A stretch of 64,000 nt of DNA from Octopus bimaculoides. Taxonomy: Eukaryota. The position numbers were made by a program, and so were the translations under genes. Location: contig NC_069007.1 of assembly GCF_001194135.2 (NCBI RefSeq), forward strand, positions 1,994,211-2,058,210. Reading direction: 5' to 3'. A model generated the notes under the pieces. That model was not told the DNA's origin. It saw only the letters and a list, made by a program, of their open reading frames with translations, and made no database searches. Every line of letters starts with the position of its first letter. The stretch's first letter is position 1. Below are positions 25,091 through 39,537 of the stretch, in pieces.

Positions 25091-25919
25091 TGGTGTAATG
25101 CAACAGAGAGAGAGATACAGAGATAGAGAGAGAGAGAGAGAAAGAGAGAGAGATGCAGTGTGAATAGGTATGAAGATAGATTGGTCAGAATAACGGAGTA
25201 AAAGAATGAGAAAAGGGTAGAAGATCTGCTACTGGTTCCGTGTGGAGACATAAATGTCCCATCTCACTCGCTCCCACATCAGAACATATCTGCTTAGAAA
25301 CACATATTAATATGGGCGTACGGTGCTCAATACATACTCATCAATATACGTACGCACCTTTCATACAATTATGTAGAAGTATGTAGGCAGATATCGGAAT
25401 AAACGTACGTGGCGTATTATGTATTTCTATGTAGATACGCATATATCATGTGCGTATACTATCACATGATTATTATATGGACATATGCGTACGTTTGTAT
25501 TATACAGACTTTTGTAACATGTAGGTTTGTAAGCACTTTCATGCACAATGCGATGAATGCAAAGATTTCAAAGATGTATATACACAAATATACAGAGACA
25601 TATCGTAGAACCGGACTGAGAGAAAGGGAGGGAGGGAGACAGAGACAGAGGGAGAGAGAAAGACAGAAAGAGTATGTGAGTGAGAAATCAGTTAGTAGGA
25701 AGTTGAGTACTTATACACTCATGTGTGTGTGTGTGTAGGCACTTGTTTGCACTTATATATATATATATATATATATGCAAGTGTGTCTATGTGTATTTGT
25801 AAATATATATACATACATACATACAAACACACGCATATATATGTGTATATATAGGCATATATATATATTATATATACATATGCATATATACACTTACATA
25901 CACATATCTATATATCTTT

Positions 25920-25960
<41 letters not shown>

Positions 25961-28924
25961 AATAGTCAGATAGATAGACAAATAGGGTTGTGATATATAG
26001 ACCAATCAGAAAGGCGACTAGTATTTCTAATACATACATCCACAGATTCCACATAGTCACGTATTGATACAGACAAATACACTTACATCCGCATACGCAG
26101 ACATTCATTTAAGAACTGGAGACAGTGAATCGGTTATATAACAATGGACGACACACTAGGAATTGCGAGTTTATCATGCACATACGTACCAGTATCAAAG
26201 ATATACATGTCTGTTTAGACATACACATTCATACATACATGCACAGAAACATATATATATCTAGATTTTGGTACATGTACGCAGGTACTTAGAGGAATAA
26301 AGACGCAGATATTGCATATTTCCGGGTTTTTATCACGTGCATATACATTACCATATACTCAGTTATGCACACGTACATATAGTCTATACATATTCACAGG
26401 CATATCTATAGAGAGACATCAGTGCATACACATTCATATCAGTTACAGATGAATCATATTTAATCTAACCATATACACACATACTTAAATATTCCTGTTG
26501 CGCATAGCTAATACGATCTCACACACATGTACAAACGTAGAGAAAGACTGTGAGAGCGAGGGAGAAGAAGAGAGACAGACGTGTTGATATCATTACGGAT
26601 AACTCGCAGGGAATGAGTGGTTAATCCTCTGCTACTGCTATAATACAGGTATTTTTCTTCTACTGCTGCGGATAATACAGGTATTTCTTTACGACCATTC
26701 CAATTGCGCGTAATCCCTATATCATTTTTCCATCTCAGCATGATAATGTACGGGCATGTGAACATACAGAGCATCATTAAATTATGACACGGCAATACAT
26801 CCATAATGTCTTTTTCTCTGCAAAATATGGAAGCCATTCCACTCACTACTAAGGTAGGAATCGGTATTATGCAATTTTAATTAGGAATCCGTTTGTGAGA
26901 CGTGAATTACCAGACAATGCGAATATTTTCAATGGCCAGGAATGGAAACGAGATTGGTCAAAAGTTAAAATAACATTTGATGCATTTCCTCTCAGATCTT
27001 CGTCATTGTTCCTGGTATCGTTGTTGTTGCTGCTGCTATTCGTATTAATGTCATCCTTCTTATTGCTTTCCATATTGAATTTATTATTGTCGTTGTTGTT
27101 ATAATTACGGATCTTGCTTAATTCCAGATGTACTCCGAACGAGCATGGATGATAACACTGGGCAACAAAATTTTTGTTGCATTGATACCAACAAAACGTA
27201 TTACCGAATTTCAATACACTGCATTCAAACATGCAGTTTGGCTTTCTCTGTAAAATAGATCTTTTGTAATGAAGTTATTTAATCTTTTTTTTTTTTATAT
27301 AGTTTCCAAATTTCGAACATTTTCCGAGATATGATGTAACAGATTTGATGATGTTCTAGTTATACTATCTTCGTGTTGTTGGTGGTGGTGATCTACAATT
27401 CAAATTGTGACCCGATTTGGCAGAGTACAACCCCATTACAAGAAATAAACAACCCTCATTTGTATATGAAATAAACTCTCTCCTCGACTACAATATCCAT
27501 TGTAGTGTCATAATCTGAGAGACATTAGTGTATGACTGAAGACCGACTTCGCTGGTGTTTCTAGCACTCCGATCGACCAGGCTGAGATTCCCTTCACTGG
27601 GTTTTATTAGACGACGATTTAACGTTAGGCGAATTCTCGAATAATTTGTAATGAAATTAAAATACTTAACCCATGGCTGTCGTCAAAGATAAATCTAGTT
27701 GAGTAGACAATAAAACCGAATGTGAGAAATAAAGGTTTAATTTGAAATATGTTCCTGTAATTTACAACCATTAAATAGCAAACGTATATTTTTATGTGTT
27801 GCATAGCTGGGTTTAGTTTCATGTTGTGTAAACATGGCGGCTGGAAAAGTGTGGAAGTTGGAGTCGAGGAGGGTAGGTGGTGTTATGAACGATATTAATA
27901 ATTTATAGACGGATCGTAAGATATTTCAATAAAATGATTCCAACTCGGCTAATTGTGTAATTACAGTGGGCATTGTGTGCATAATAAAGAAGTTGCTAGA
28001 GAGAATTTGGAGGAAGGAAAGAAGAAATAACATTCTTTAGGTTTGTAGTTATTACATACTTTCTACGTCTCGGAATTTGAAGCAACTCTTCCAACATCAC
28101 GTTGTGTATGCGTGTGTGTGTGAATAACATATGTGTGTGTTTGTATGCATAAATATGTACGTATATTCATACATATGTATGCGTATATGTCTATGTGTAT
28201 ATGTATATATATTAGATAGATAGATAGATAGATAGATAGAAAGAGTAAGAGGTTGAGAAACGGGAAAGATGTATTTGGTGGAACAAACCACTGAAATGGT
28301 GCTCAATACATGTGTACCTATGTGTATGCGCGCTTGAGATGGTTCGATCTGGTTGCCCCCAAACAGTCTAAGCTAAGAGCATTAGACCCCTTTGTAAGAA
28401 AGCTCGCGAAAGTGTACAGCAACAAAGGGGAAAAAATAAATAAACAAAAAAACGAAGAACATGGTACAGAATTACGAATGCAAACAACAAGAAATTTTTT
28501 AAAATAGTCTTTCGACTGCGATATATATGTATACATATTTGTATATATGTATTTATGTACGTACGTTTGCGTATGTATACATGTATGTATGCATACATGT
28601 TTATATATATGCGTGTGTATTGGTATAGTAGTAGTGGTTTAGGTGTCAAAGAATTTTGTTCCATTGCCTTATCAAACAGTAGGTGCTATACGGTAATCTC
28701 TTTCAGCACTTGATATAATTTGGTATCTTTCCTGTCCTGTAAATATCTACATACATAAATATTGGCTTTGCAAGAGATGTCTATGTTTCTTTATGTGTAC
28801 TAGTAGCTATCCAATCCAATAGTGTATACGTACTCCCAACTGCAGCGGCTGCAATGAAAGAGCTACTCTGATTTTGATATCATGGTTCGTTCTTAATCAA
28901 ATTTACCATGAAATTCATAGCAGC

Positions 28925-29120
28925 ATTTATTCCCGAAATTTTGAGGAAGGGAGCCAGACAATCAGATTGACCCCAGTACGCAATTGATACTTAATTTATC
29001 GACCCCGAAAGGATGAAAAGGAAAGTTGACCTCGGTGGAAGTGGAACTCAGAACGTAAAGACAGACGAAATACTGCTAAGCATTTCGCCCGGCGTGCTAA
29101 TGTTTCTGCTAGGTCAACGC
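28925..29120 (-). mobile_element. SINE family C monomer
   Basis: TTTATCGACCCCGAAAGGATGAAAAGGAAAGTTGACCTCGG...GAACTCAGAACG...GCATTTCGCCCGGCGTGCTAA. Confidence 0.85.
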
Positions 29121-30227
29121 AATTTTAAAGCAGAATTCTGAACGAACAATGTTCTAGCCAGGAAAAGTCCCTTTCCTGTACAGAAGTCTTTATCAACATG
29201 GTTCCCAAACTATTGCGTTTACGTGCGCTTGCTGTAGATGTTGAAGGCGTTACGGAAACATCATTGGTGGAAGCATTCAGAAGCTCTGGCGGATAATGAA
29301 CTCTGCACACCTCACAGAGCCCTACAAATGGAGATTAGTAAAACGTCTTTCAGCACTTTAATATTTATGTTTTTCCTTAGGTTTTATAGGAAAGTAAAAC
29401 ACACCCGGGAAAATGTTAAGCGCCACTTCGTCCGTCTTCACGTTTTGATTTCACATTCTAACTAAATACCTTAGTAATAAATGCACTTTAAGAACACATG
29501 AGGTCAGTGTCTTGTCAACGCTGTTTGGTGTTGCTGTCGTATCTGTATTGCTACTTAACCGCTGTAGTTGCTTTCCTGGCGGCGGCAATTTTTTTGTATC
29601 GTCTCAGCTGCCTTTCAGTATTTCCAGACATAAATCAGTGAAATATATCAAGGAAGAAAAAAACCCAAAGAAAACCCAGAAAAAAAAATAGTATAGTAGT
29701 TACGGGCGTCTTGACTTGTCTAGTCAACTTGTTTACTTTAAAGCTGACGTCATTCGAAGGCTTGGTTTTTAATTTTCGCGACACTGAAAACGTGTTTTGT
29801 GGCTTGCATGAACGTGGGAAGTATTGCAGAATGGTAAGTCAGGCTGAGTTCTGCGATTGGCAATGCGACTTATAAAGGCATTAATTTAAAACATAAATGA
29901 TTATTTGTGAGCATGTTATTTCTGTGCGTCATGACAACCGTTTCTTTCTTCCATAGTAACGATGTGTTGTGATAAAACTTGGACAAAAATACCATGTCAC
30001 TTTGTTAAAAGCTAAGAAAGAAAACGTACGCCAATACCATTTTCAGACACAGAATGCACACACATATTTATACATACATATCTACATATACGTATATCGT
30101 ATAAATGCCTGCAATACATATATAAGGAAATTTTATGTTTGCGTTTTGTGTTATTCTTTGATCCAGGTTGTCTCATGTTTTTGATAATCAGTAACGAATT
30201 GCTTATGTCTCCATGATAGAGCAGTTC

Positions 30228-30640
30228 TTTTTCTACTCTAGGCACAGGACCTGAAAATTTGTGGGAGGGGCTAGTCGATTAGATCGACCCTAGTACGCAA
30301 ATGATACTTAATCTATCGACTCACGAAAGGAGGAAAAGTAAAGTCGTCGACCTCAGCGGAATTTGAACTCAGAACGTAAACACAGACGAAATACCGCTAA
30401 GCATTTCGCCCGGCGTGCTAACGTTTCTTATTTCTTTATTGCCCACAAGGGGCTAAACATAAAGGGGACAAACAATGACAGACAAACGGATTAAGTCGAT
30501 TACATCGACCCCAATGGTACTTAGTTTATCGGCCCCGAAAGGATGAAAGACAAAGTCGACCTCGGCGGAATTTGAACTCTGAACGTAACGGCAGACGAAA
30601 CACCACTAAGCGTGTTAACGTTTCTGCCAGCTCTCCGCCT
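30228..30640 (-). mobile_element. Dimeric tRNA-derived SINE (family C dimer), second copy
   Basis: Same two monomers and identical junction CTAACGTTTCTT|ATTTCTTTATTGCCC as 2442-2874. 18-bp TSD with 2 mismatches (30210-30227; 30641-30658). Confidence 0.9.
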
Positions 30641-31304
30641 TCCATGACATAGCAGTTCGATGGCACAGGCGGCACATATATCAAACATACATGTGTTGGG
30701 TTGATCAGCTCAATGCTTCGGGGCGGTGTCTCAATATATTCGAAGTTCTATGAATGAAGTAGCTAAAAAAATAAACTTGCAAATATACTTCGGTTGAGGC
30801 CTGCAGCAATTAACTTCCTTTCTCATAACATATCTAACAATTTAACACCTACATCTTAGAGCATTTGTCTATCTACTCTATGATCTATGTACTAATAACC
30901 GTAGACTTCATTTTCTTCTTAAACTATGTGTAAGGGTATATCGTGGATATGAAGTTCTTACAGCTACCCATGCATTAAGGGCCGTGTAATAAAGTGTGTG
31001 TAACGATTTATGTTGGACACCATTGTTACCAACTGAAAAAATATCGGTTGTTTCTTGAATGACTTTCTAAGTGAAACAGAATTTTATGTATTACGGCAAT
31101 AAAAATGATCAGAGAAAATGAGAATGGGAACTGGATCGCGAAAAGTAGCGGATATAGGGACAGGGTCTATAGAAAACATAACAATTAAGAATACAGAAAT
31201 GGGGAACAAGAAAGACTAGAAGCTCTAAGTCACAAGAAACAGATTTGAAATTGATTCAAGGAAAGACCGACAAAATATCGTATACTAAAAATGCAGACCT
31301 GAAG

Positions 31305-31362
31305 CAGAAGTGAAAACGCGACCAGAAGTGAAAACGAGCCAGAAGTGAAAACGCGACCGAAG
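31305..31362. repeat. ~17-18-bp tandem repeat x3 (CAGAAGTGAAAACG core)
   Basis: CAGAAGTGAAAACG appears three times in tandem. Confidence 0.8.
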
Positions 31363-32478
31363 AGAAACGAAACGATTGCTTAAGAATTGATCGAATAATT
31401 ATGAATGAATGGACAGGCTAGTGTACCTTAAACGTGTCCTGGAATTTCAACATGTGTTATTCGTCATTATTATTAATTTAAGCTATTTGATGATTGCCAT
31501 TGCAAGAAAATCAGCCTTGAGTTACATTTGTGATTCTGCAGATAAAAATTAACATTTATGTATATATGCTCTTGTACAGAAATCTACAAACAAGTATATA
31601 TATATATGTATATATATATATATANNNNNNNNNNNNNNNNNNNNNNNNNNNNNNNNNNNNNNNNNNNNNNNNNNNNNNNNNNNNNNNNNNNNNNNNNNNN
31701 NNNNNNNNNNNNNNNNNNNNNNNNNNNNNNNNNNNNNNNNNNNNNNNNNNNNNNNNNNNNNNNNNNNNNNNNNNNNNNNNNNNNNNNNNNNNNNNNNNNN
31801 NNNNNNNNNNNNNNNNNNNNNNNNNNNNNNNNNNNNNNNNNNNNNNNNNNNNNNNNNNNNNNNNNNNNNNNNNNNNNNNNNNNNNNNNNNNNNNNNNNNN
31901 NNNNNNNNNNNNNNNNNNNNNNNNNNNNNNNNNNNNNNNNNNNNNNNNNNNNNNNNNNNNNNNNNNNNNNNNNNNNNNNNNNNNNNNNNNNNNNNNNNNN
32001 NNNNNNNNNNNNNNNNNNNNNNNNNNNNNNNNNNNNNNNNNNNNNNNNNNNNNNNNNNNNNNNNNNNNNNNNNNNNNNNNNNNNNNNNNNNNNNNNNNNN
32101 NNNNNNNNNNNNNNNNNNNNNNNNNNNNNNNNNNNNNNNNNNNNNNNNNNNNNNNNNNNNNNNNNNNNNNNNNNNNNNNNNNNNNNNNNNNNNNNNNNNN
32201 NNNNNNNNNNNNNNNNNNNNNNNNNNNNNNNNNNNNNNNNNNNNNNNNNNNNNNNNNNNNNNNNNNNNNNNNNNNNNNNNNNNNNNNNNNNNNNNNNNNN
32301 NNNNNNNNNNNNNNNNNNNNNNNNNNNNNNNNNNNNNNNNNNNNNNNNNNNNNNNNNNNNNNNNNNNNNNNNNNNNNNNNNNNNNNNNNNNNNNNNNNNN
32401 NNNNNNNNNNNNNNNACACACACACACACACACACACACACTCACTACGTATATATGGACATGTAAACAAACATTTCT

Positions 32479-32515
<37 letters not shown>

Positions 32516-33499
32516 AAAATCAAAAGTGTTTTTAAAATATGGAATATATTTTCGCAATCCTATGCTCACACACATAAACTAATACACAGACACACACGCA
32601 TCAGACGCACAAACACTCTCTCTCACACACAGTCACATACAGGCACAGAGAGAGAGAGAGAGGGAGTGTGAAAGAGAGAGAGAGAGAGGGAGTGTGAAAG
32701 AGGAACAGAGACAGTGATAGAGAACCAGAAACCCACAGTGCTCACATGCACTCATACAAATGGACAACTGTATGTTTTCTTTGCGAAACAGCAAATTCAC
32801 ACATTGAAGTCGCAATCCTACACGTTATTTATATGTACATATATTTGAATAAATGTATGAATATAAGTGTGTAGATGTCAAATATTTTGAAATATTATCA
32901 CAAACATTGAGCAAATGTCATCGATTGGCAACGTGAGGTAATCTACAGAATCTTCATAATAAAATCAGGCAAATTTACCATGTTCCTTGGCATAATGTTG
33001 CAGCTCAAATAAGTGTGGCGGTGGACCAGAGGTTATGAAGTTATTTTCTTATCTCAGAAGCTATAGCTTGACAACAGTTCTATTAAATATGAATACATAT
33101 ATACGTATGTATATAACCGTCTATGTGTGGGATTAATCTACATATCTATATATTTATATATTTATGTTATACACATGTCTGTGTGTGTGTGTGTTATATT
33201 TATATATTGTTATTTATATTTGTATATTTATATTTCTGTTACGTACACGTTAGTAAAACGCTGTCAAAATCTGAATTGAAACATCTTGAAATATAATTGG
33301 AGTGGGGTAAAAATTTGTTAAATTTTTTCCGAGGAGTTCTTTGACTGTGACCCCGAAGTCTCGGATCAGTTGCCCTCATCAATCTGATGGAGCCGATTCC
33401 TTCAAAGACTATTTCAAATCTACATGTATGGACATAAACATACATGTGTGTATGAGGTTTTGTGTGCCTGAATGTGACTATACTCACGCACATGAACAC

Positions 33500-33540
<41 letters not shown>

Positions 33541-34594
33541 TGTGTGTGTGTATGTATATACCATTCATTTCTAGACGTCTAGAATAGACGCCGAACCACA
33601 AACACACACGCATATGTTTATGGCTGTGCATTCATATTTACATACACTTTCTATTTATTTTTTTATCTTTTTTTAACGTTAGGTTTCTCTTACATATATT
33701 CTTTGCAATGTCTAGCTTTATTCTAGTTTTTTCGGACTCCGCTTTCTATGAATAGGTGTATCTATGTGTGTATATGATTGTAAGAGCTTACCTATATTTC
33801 TATTATGCGTTTTTGTGTGTCTATTTGCATATTTGTTTCTCTGTATACGTATATATATACTTCTAGAAGTATTATGTTTGTATATAGTTTCCAAATATCT
33901 CTCCGTGTATGTATGTATGCATGTACGGATTTAGGTATGTATATATTATGTTTGTAGGTATATTTGTGTATACAAGCTTCACTATATGTATGAGAGTGTA
34001 CATCGTTCTATACGTTTGTATGTGGGTATGTACTGTGTATATATGTATATGCATATATGTGGACTAATATCTGTATGTGCATAAGCCATCCAAGTGTATC
34101 TTTCCTAATCACAGGTGAGTATTTTATCGTGTTTCATCTCTTCGTACCGTCTCCAGACGTCAGACACTAACCCTGGAGATATTTAACACAAAAAAAGAAA
34201 CAGATTAAAAAAGACATTAACTAAAATCTACCAATGTGAGAAGAAAAGAAAAGATAAAAAAACAGTATAATTGACATAAGTAACAAATTTAAACACTCAC
34301 CAACAAAATAGAAGAAAATAATACACAAATAAACAAATCAAAATAATTGTTTAATGAAATTCGGTCGCAAAAGTATTTACGAAACGTTGTTTACGATTTA
34401 GCTGTTGTATGATTTCTTGCTTGTAACTTTTAATTATTTAATGATCAATATCGACCGGCTGAGAATTTTCATTATTTGGTTTCCACTGAAGCTTATGAAC
34501 AAAAGCCTTGACTATTTGTTTCGCTCCTTTACCGTCTGAGTTCAATTCAAGCCGAGTGAAATTTGGCTATTCATCTTTCCAAAGTTATTTTCAA

Positions 34595-34765
34595 GTTCTT
34601 GAACAAGGCCAGCAAACGCAGAGGACAGGAAAGTCGATTACATCAACCCCAGTATTTATTTTGTCGAGTCCGAACGTGTGAACGGTAGAGTTGACCTCGG
34701 CGAAATTTGAACTCAGAACGTGAAGACGGACCAAAAGATGTGCTAACGATTCTGCCAAACTATCA
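34595..34765 (-). mobile_element. SINE family C monomer, degenerate
   Basis: GTTGACCTCGGCGAAATTTGAACTCAGAACG...GTGCTAACGATTCTGCCA. Confidence 0.75.
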
Positions 34766-34844
34766 GAATACTGCCATTCAGCCTTAATCACAACCTTTAT
34801 TTCGTTTTAACCACAATAACTCTACTGGTCTACAGGCACGTGAT

Positions 34845-35050
34845 AATGCGCGCGGTATGACATTTCACTCGCTGTCACAAGTCACTGGTTTCGATTCCGG
34901 GCCCGGGTGATGACATCTGTTTCTGAATAAAACACTTCACATCACGTTGCTCCAGTTTACTCATTTACAAAAGGGAAACCCATTACGGACAGGCTTTCCG
35001 TTCATGGGAGTTGTTGTGACTTGGTCCACTCATAAGCATTAAGACCGTAA
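34845..35050 (+). mobile_element. tRNA-derived SINE (family D), degenerate
   Basis: B-box GGTTTCGATTCC (34887), then AAAACACTTCACATCACGTTGCTCCAGTTTACTCA. Confidence 0.6.
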
Positions 35051-35133
35051 GGTGTGAAAGGAAGACGGGTGGTGTGAAAGGAAGACGGGTGGTGGGAACT
35101 GAAGACGGGTGGTGGGAACTGAATACGGGTGGT
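35051..35133. repeat. 20-bp tandem repeat x4
   Basis: GGTGTGAAAGGAAGACGGGT x2, then GGTGGGAACTGAA(G/T)ACGGGT x2. Confidence 0.95.
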
Positions 35134-35910
35134 TAGAATTAAAGACGAGTTGTTTAAACAAGAGAATATACAAAGATAGCAACACGTTGTCACATTGGAA
35201 CTATTGTAGTTAGACACAGATGGACATATCTCTTTTGAAATTTCTTTTCAAACAAATGTCTTTCAAAATTCTGAATGACTGTTGATAAAGTAATAACTGA
35301 TAGAGAATGTCTGACAATGACGAGAGGATAGTCATGACTGCAAAATATTTCATTACAGCTTTCGTCTATTTGATCAAAGTTGAGTATTTACCTAAACAAG
35401 TAACCGCACCTAGGCTTGCCTTCTCGTTAAAATTGATGTGAAAGTAAGTGCAGAAGCAATTTACGTAGTCATAAATAACCAACTCAAAAATGCAATGTTT
35501 TATAATTGTATCATTGCCAGTCGACCTGCGTTGAATATATATAACGAGGAGAGTCTTCAAGAAGTTCACAAATACTTTGATGAGTTCTATCAAACATACC
35601 ACACATACATACATGCACACACACACGTAAGTATGTGTGTGTGTGTGTACAAACAGAGAGACTATGAGGGGTTTAGTTCACTTGTGATCTAAACGAATAG
35701 GTAGGCTGAGTAAATGTTATAGTAGGTCGACAGTTAGCTTCCAAGATCCCAGCAAAGGCTGGATCTACGGATCTGTTTTAAGATAGTGATGAAAGGGTGA
35801 GGAATAAGAATAAAATAAAAATAAATATAAATAAAAATAATAATGATAATAAAAATTGTAAATTTAAAAAGTTAAAGTAAAGGTAATGATAGATATATCT
35901 TCAATGTGCG

Positions 35911-35954
<44 letters not shown>

Positions 35955-37654
35955 GCGAGTATTTGTGCCTGCGTTTGTCCCCCACTACTGCATGACAAGC
36001 GACCAAAGAAACCGTTANNNNNNNNNNNNNNNNNNNNNNNNNNNNNNNNNNNNNNNNNNNNNNNNNNNNNNNNNNNNNNNNNNNNNNNNNNNNNNNNNNN
36101 NNNNNNNNNNNNNNNNNNNNNNNNNNNNNNNNNNNNNNNNNNNNNNNNNNNNNNNNNNNNNNNNNNNNNNNNNNNNNNNNNNNNNNNNNNNNNNNNNNAT
36201 ATTCATGAATGTTGTAATGTTCGGAGACGATGCCCGAAAGAATATATTTGTCTGGCGAATGGGAAAGCGTTGAGATAAAAGAATCAACAATGAAAGTTTG
36301 TTGGAAAACAAAGTATGTCTAGATTTAAAGCCAAATTTTAAATGTTTTGAGGATAAACCCCAAGCTGTGTGAAAAGAAAATATTTCGACTTTGAAATCAA
36401 CTTGACTTCTAAGTTACCAATTAAAATGTGAATGTGATGGTTGTATGCCTTTCAGCAAGTATGACCAATGAATCTTTGATAAGCAAGCTTGGTTGAATGA
36501 CGACGACGACGATGATGGTGGTGGTGATGAGGATGAGGAAGACGAGGGAGGACAAGGACGACAGCAATGACGTCGACTACGATGACAGCGTTGACGATGA
36601 CGGCGGCGACGGCTACACAAAGAATAAGAAGAACGTTCTTAAATTTTTATTGAATAGTATTATACGAAAGAATACAATACCCTTCTTTAGTCCTACATCT
36701 CTATATTTTATGTCTTTATTTACCCTCAGTTCTCTGACGAATACCTGCTATTTCTTGAACGCTAACATATCAGTTATTTTTGGTGTGTGTGTTCGTTTGT
36801 TTCCGTTTGTATTATTTTCTATGAGTAACGTTCGCCAGACACTCATGTAAACTCCTTGGTTTACTGGGGAAAATGACGCTAGGAGTATCCTCTTCCGCAA
36901 GAGAGAGAGGGAGAGAGAGAGAAAGACAGACAGACAGACAGACACAGTCGGAGATAGAAAGACGGTGTGAGGGATAGAGTTGGAATAACTGAGAAGAAAC
37001 GAATCCGTTTCTGTAAATGACTGAACCCTGAGACAGATTGGCATTTATCGATTCCTTAAAAAGGAAAGGAAACACTAAAACAGATGCCGCGGGCCATTCT
37101 ACGCGACACTCAAACGACTCTGCCAACTTACAACAAAAATTAATTAATTAACAATGAAAAAAACCGAAAGAAACACATCCAAAATATGTCTTCTTTGTTC
37201 ATTGGAAGACAATTTCATCGGAGTAAATTAATGAGAATTATTGAGATATTTCTGTAACAAATTACAATGGCAGCCTTCGACCAGTGTAAATACATTTGCT
37301 GTGCTTTCTAAAAGTACATATCATTCGCCGATGTTTGATATAATTGTCTAATTTGTCACAAGTTGTTGTCGTTTCGCTTTACCATCATATTATGTTCCGT
37401 TTTGAATTTCAACATCATGACAACCAAGATATGTTTAATTCTAAATAATTTTCTGTGTAGAAAGATAAATCGTTACCGCCATTGTCGTGGCCGTCGTATT
37501 TATTATTGATGTTATTGTTGTTATTAATGGGATAGTGTTGATCTTAATGTTGCTCTTATCAAGCTTGTTGTCGGAAATGATCTTGCTGCTCCTGTTATTG
37601 CCGCTAATGTTGTTCTGGTTAATGTTGAAGTTGTCGTGTTAATACTGATGACAG

Positions 37655-37823
37655 ATTTTGATACAAGGCCAAAAGTTTCGGGGAGGAGTAAATCAATTAC
37701 ACCGACCGCAGTGAACAACTGGTATTTATTGGATCGACCCCGACGCAATCCGAACTCAGAACGTTAAGAAATACCGCTAAGCATTTTGTCCGGCGCGCTA
37801 ACGATTCTACCAGCTCGCTGCCC
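37655..37823 (-). mobile_element. SINE family C monomer with internal deletion
   Basis: GAACTCAGAACG...AATACCGCTAAGCATTTTGTCCGGCGCGCTAACGATTCTACCAGCTCGCTGCC. Confidence 0.8.
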
Positions 37824-38882
37824 CCTGATTTGTTTTTGTTTTTTTTGGTTTTTTTTTTGCTGTGCTAATATTCATATTGATGGCTGTTTTATGCTTCATG
37901 CTGTTACCATAGTTACCATTGCTGTGGCTGCTACTGTTTCTGCTGTTGTTATTGTTGGCGATATTGATGTTCATCATATTAATGTTGTCACTCTCGTTGC
38001 TCACACACATGTCACTCCCCGTTACACAAATCAAAACAAAAAACCGTTCGAAGTTTATATCAAAGCCCTCTGTCTCTCTCTCTCTCCCCTCCCCTCTCTC
38101 TTTCTTTTTTTTTTGTTGTTGAGACTTCTTTGAATGAAATAGGGCCACCACTAACTAGATATTTGAAAGAAGTTTGTAATAAGTAACGAAAAATAAGTAA
38201 GCATGTGTATTATTCCTTTAATTCAGATTGAAACTTCTAACCATGCCAAATTGTTATGTCCACTGTATAATCAGATTTATTTTTTGGTTCATATCAAATA
38301 TTACTTTGGGATTAAGAAGTTCGAGATCGATGCTGAGTTAGACGTTTGATGTCTTTACCCGTTTAGTTATATGAACACGTGTTCAAGCCGCGATAAGGTC
38401 GTTAAAATTTTACAATGATTCCTTTCCTTCGTTGTAGAAATTATTTCATACATATTCTCTCATTCATCCGTAAAAATATCACATAAATTTACTATATTTA
38501 GTGAGCGCAAATGTCGTGAGTACGACAGTAGACGCAGAGAAAATGAGATATAAAGAGAGAGACATACAGACAGAGACATAAAGAGAGAGACATACAGACA
38601 GAGACAGAGACATAAAGAGAGAGACATACAGACAGAGACAGAGAGTGAATGACAATAAAGAGCGTGCAAAAGATGTACTGAACGACAAAATAGTGAACTG
38701 TGTTGACATACGTAACATGTAACAAATATTCTGTCAAAATGGCAAGGAAATATATAATTGATGAAATATAAACCTCTATGCTATGTCGACTATTAACGAA
38801 ATTTATAGAAATATATGTCTCTACATAGGTGAGTATATGCCTATATACATATATATATTTGCCGTTGTGTATGTATTCATCC

Positions 38883-38918
<36 letters not shown>

Positions 38919-39157
38919 GAGTGAGAAAATAAAATATATATATATTTCTACTGTATACATATATATATGTATGTATGTACAAATATAAACATACACACAC
39001 ATGTATACATATATACACTCACTCAGATACACCCACATGTACTTCTCTATATCAGTGTATCTCGTGGTCAGAATACACTACATTAGTTGGTGTAGCACGC
39101 CAATGACGTCGACGCCTCGGCTACTTGGAACGGCAGGCAGAACTGCTCTACAACTGT

Positions 39158-39219
39158 GTTACCAGACCGCCACATGGTTACCAGACCGCCACATGGTTAC
39201 CAGACCGCCACATGGTTAC
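39158..39219. repeat. 19-bp perfect tandem repeat x3
   Basis: TTACCAGACCGCCACATGG starts at 39159, 39178 and 39197. Confidence 0.95.
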
Positions 39220-39465
39220 AAATTAAAAGGTCAAGGAATTTGAGCAACCTGAACAGTGTGCATGTGCGTGTATGGTGTGGTGGATGTCTTGGGCTCTATT
39301 AGAAAACTGATGCTATATGAACCGAGTTTCAGCTTATTGATTATTCCGACATAAAAGTGAAATTCAGTCAGGTCTCAAGAAACTTCAGCTGTTTATAAAA
39401 TATAACCCTCACAAACACAACATTATCTTGCAAGTACACTTCCCCCATTGTAAACAAATCTGCCT

Positions 39466-39537
<72 letters not shown>

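Noticed and set aside
24393-25251. Poly-S, poly-F and poly-K ORFs of 109-259 aa
   Set aside because: Alternative frames of a GAA-derived repeat; no domain or gene context.
36497-36620. Asp/Gly-rich ORF-like stretch
   Set aside because: Degenerate (GAC/GAT/GGT)n trinucleotide repeat with no splice or domain support.
39158-39219. Short direct-repeat arrays (also 35051-35133 and 31305-31362) as CRISPR
   Set aside because: Head-to-tail repeats without unique spacers, in eukaryotic DNA with no cas genes.
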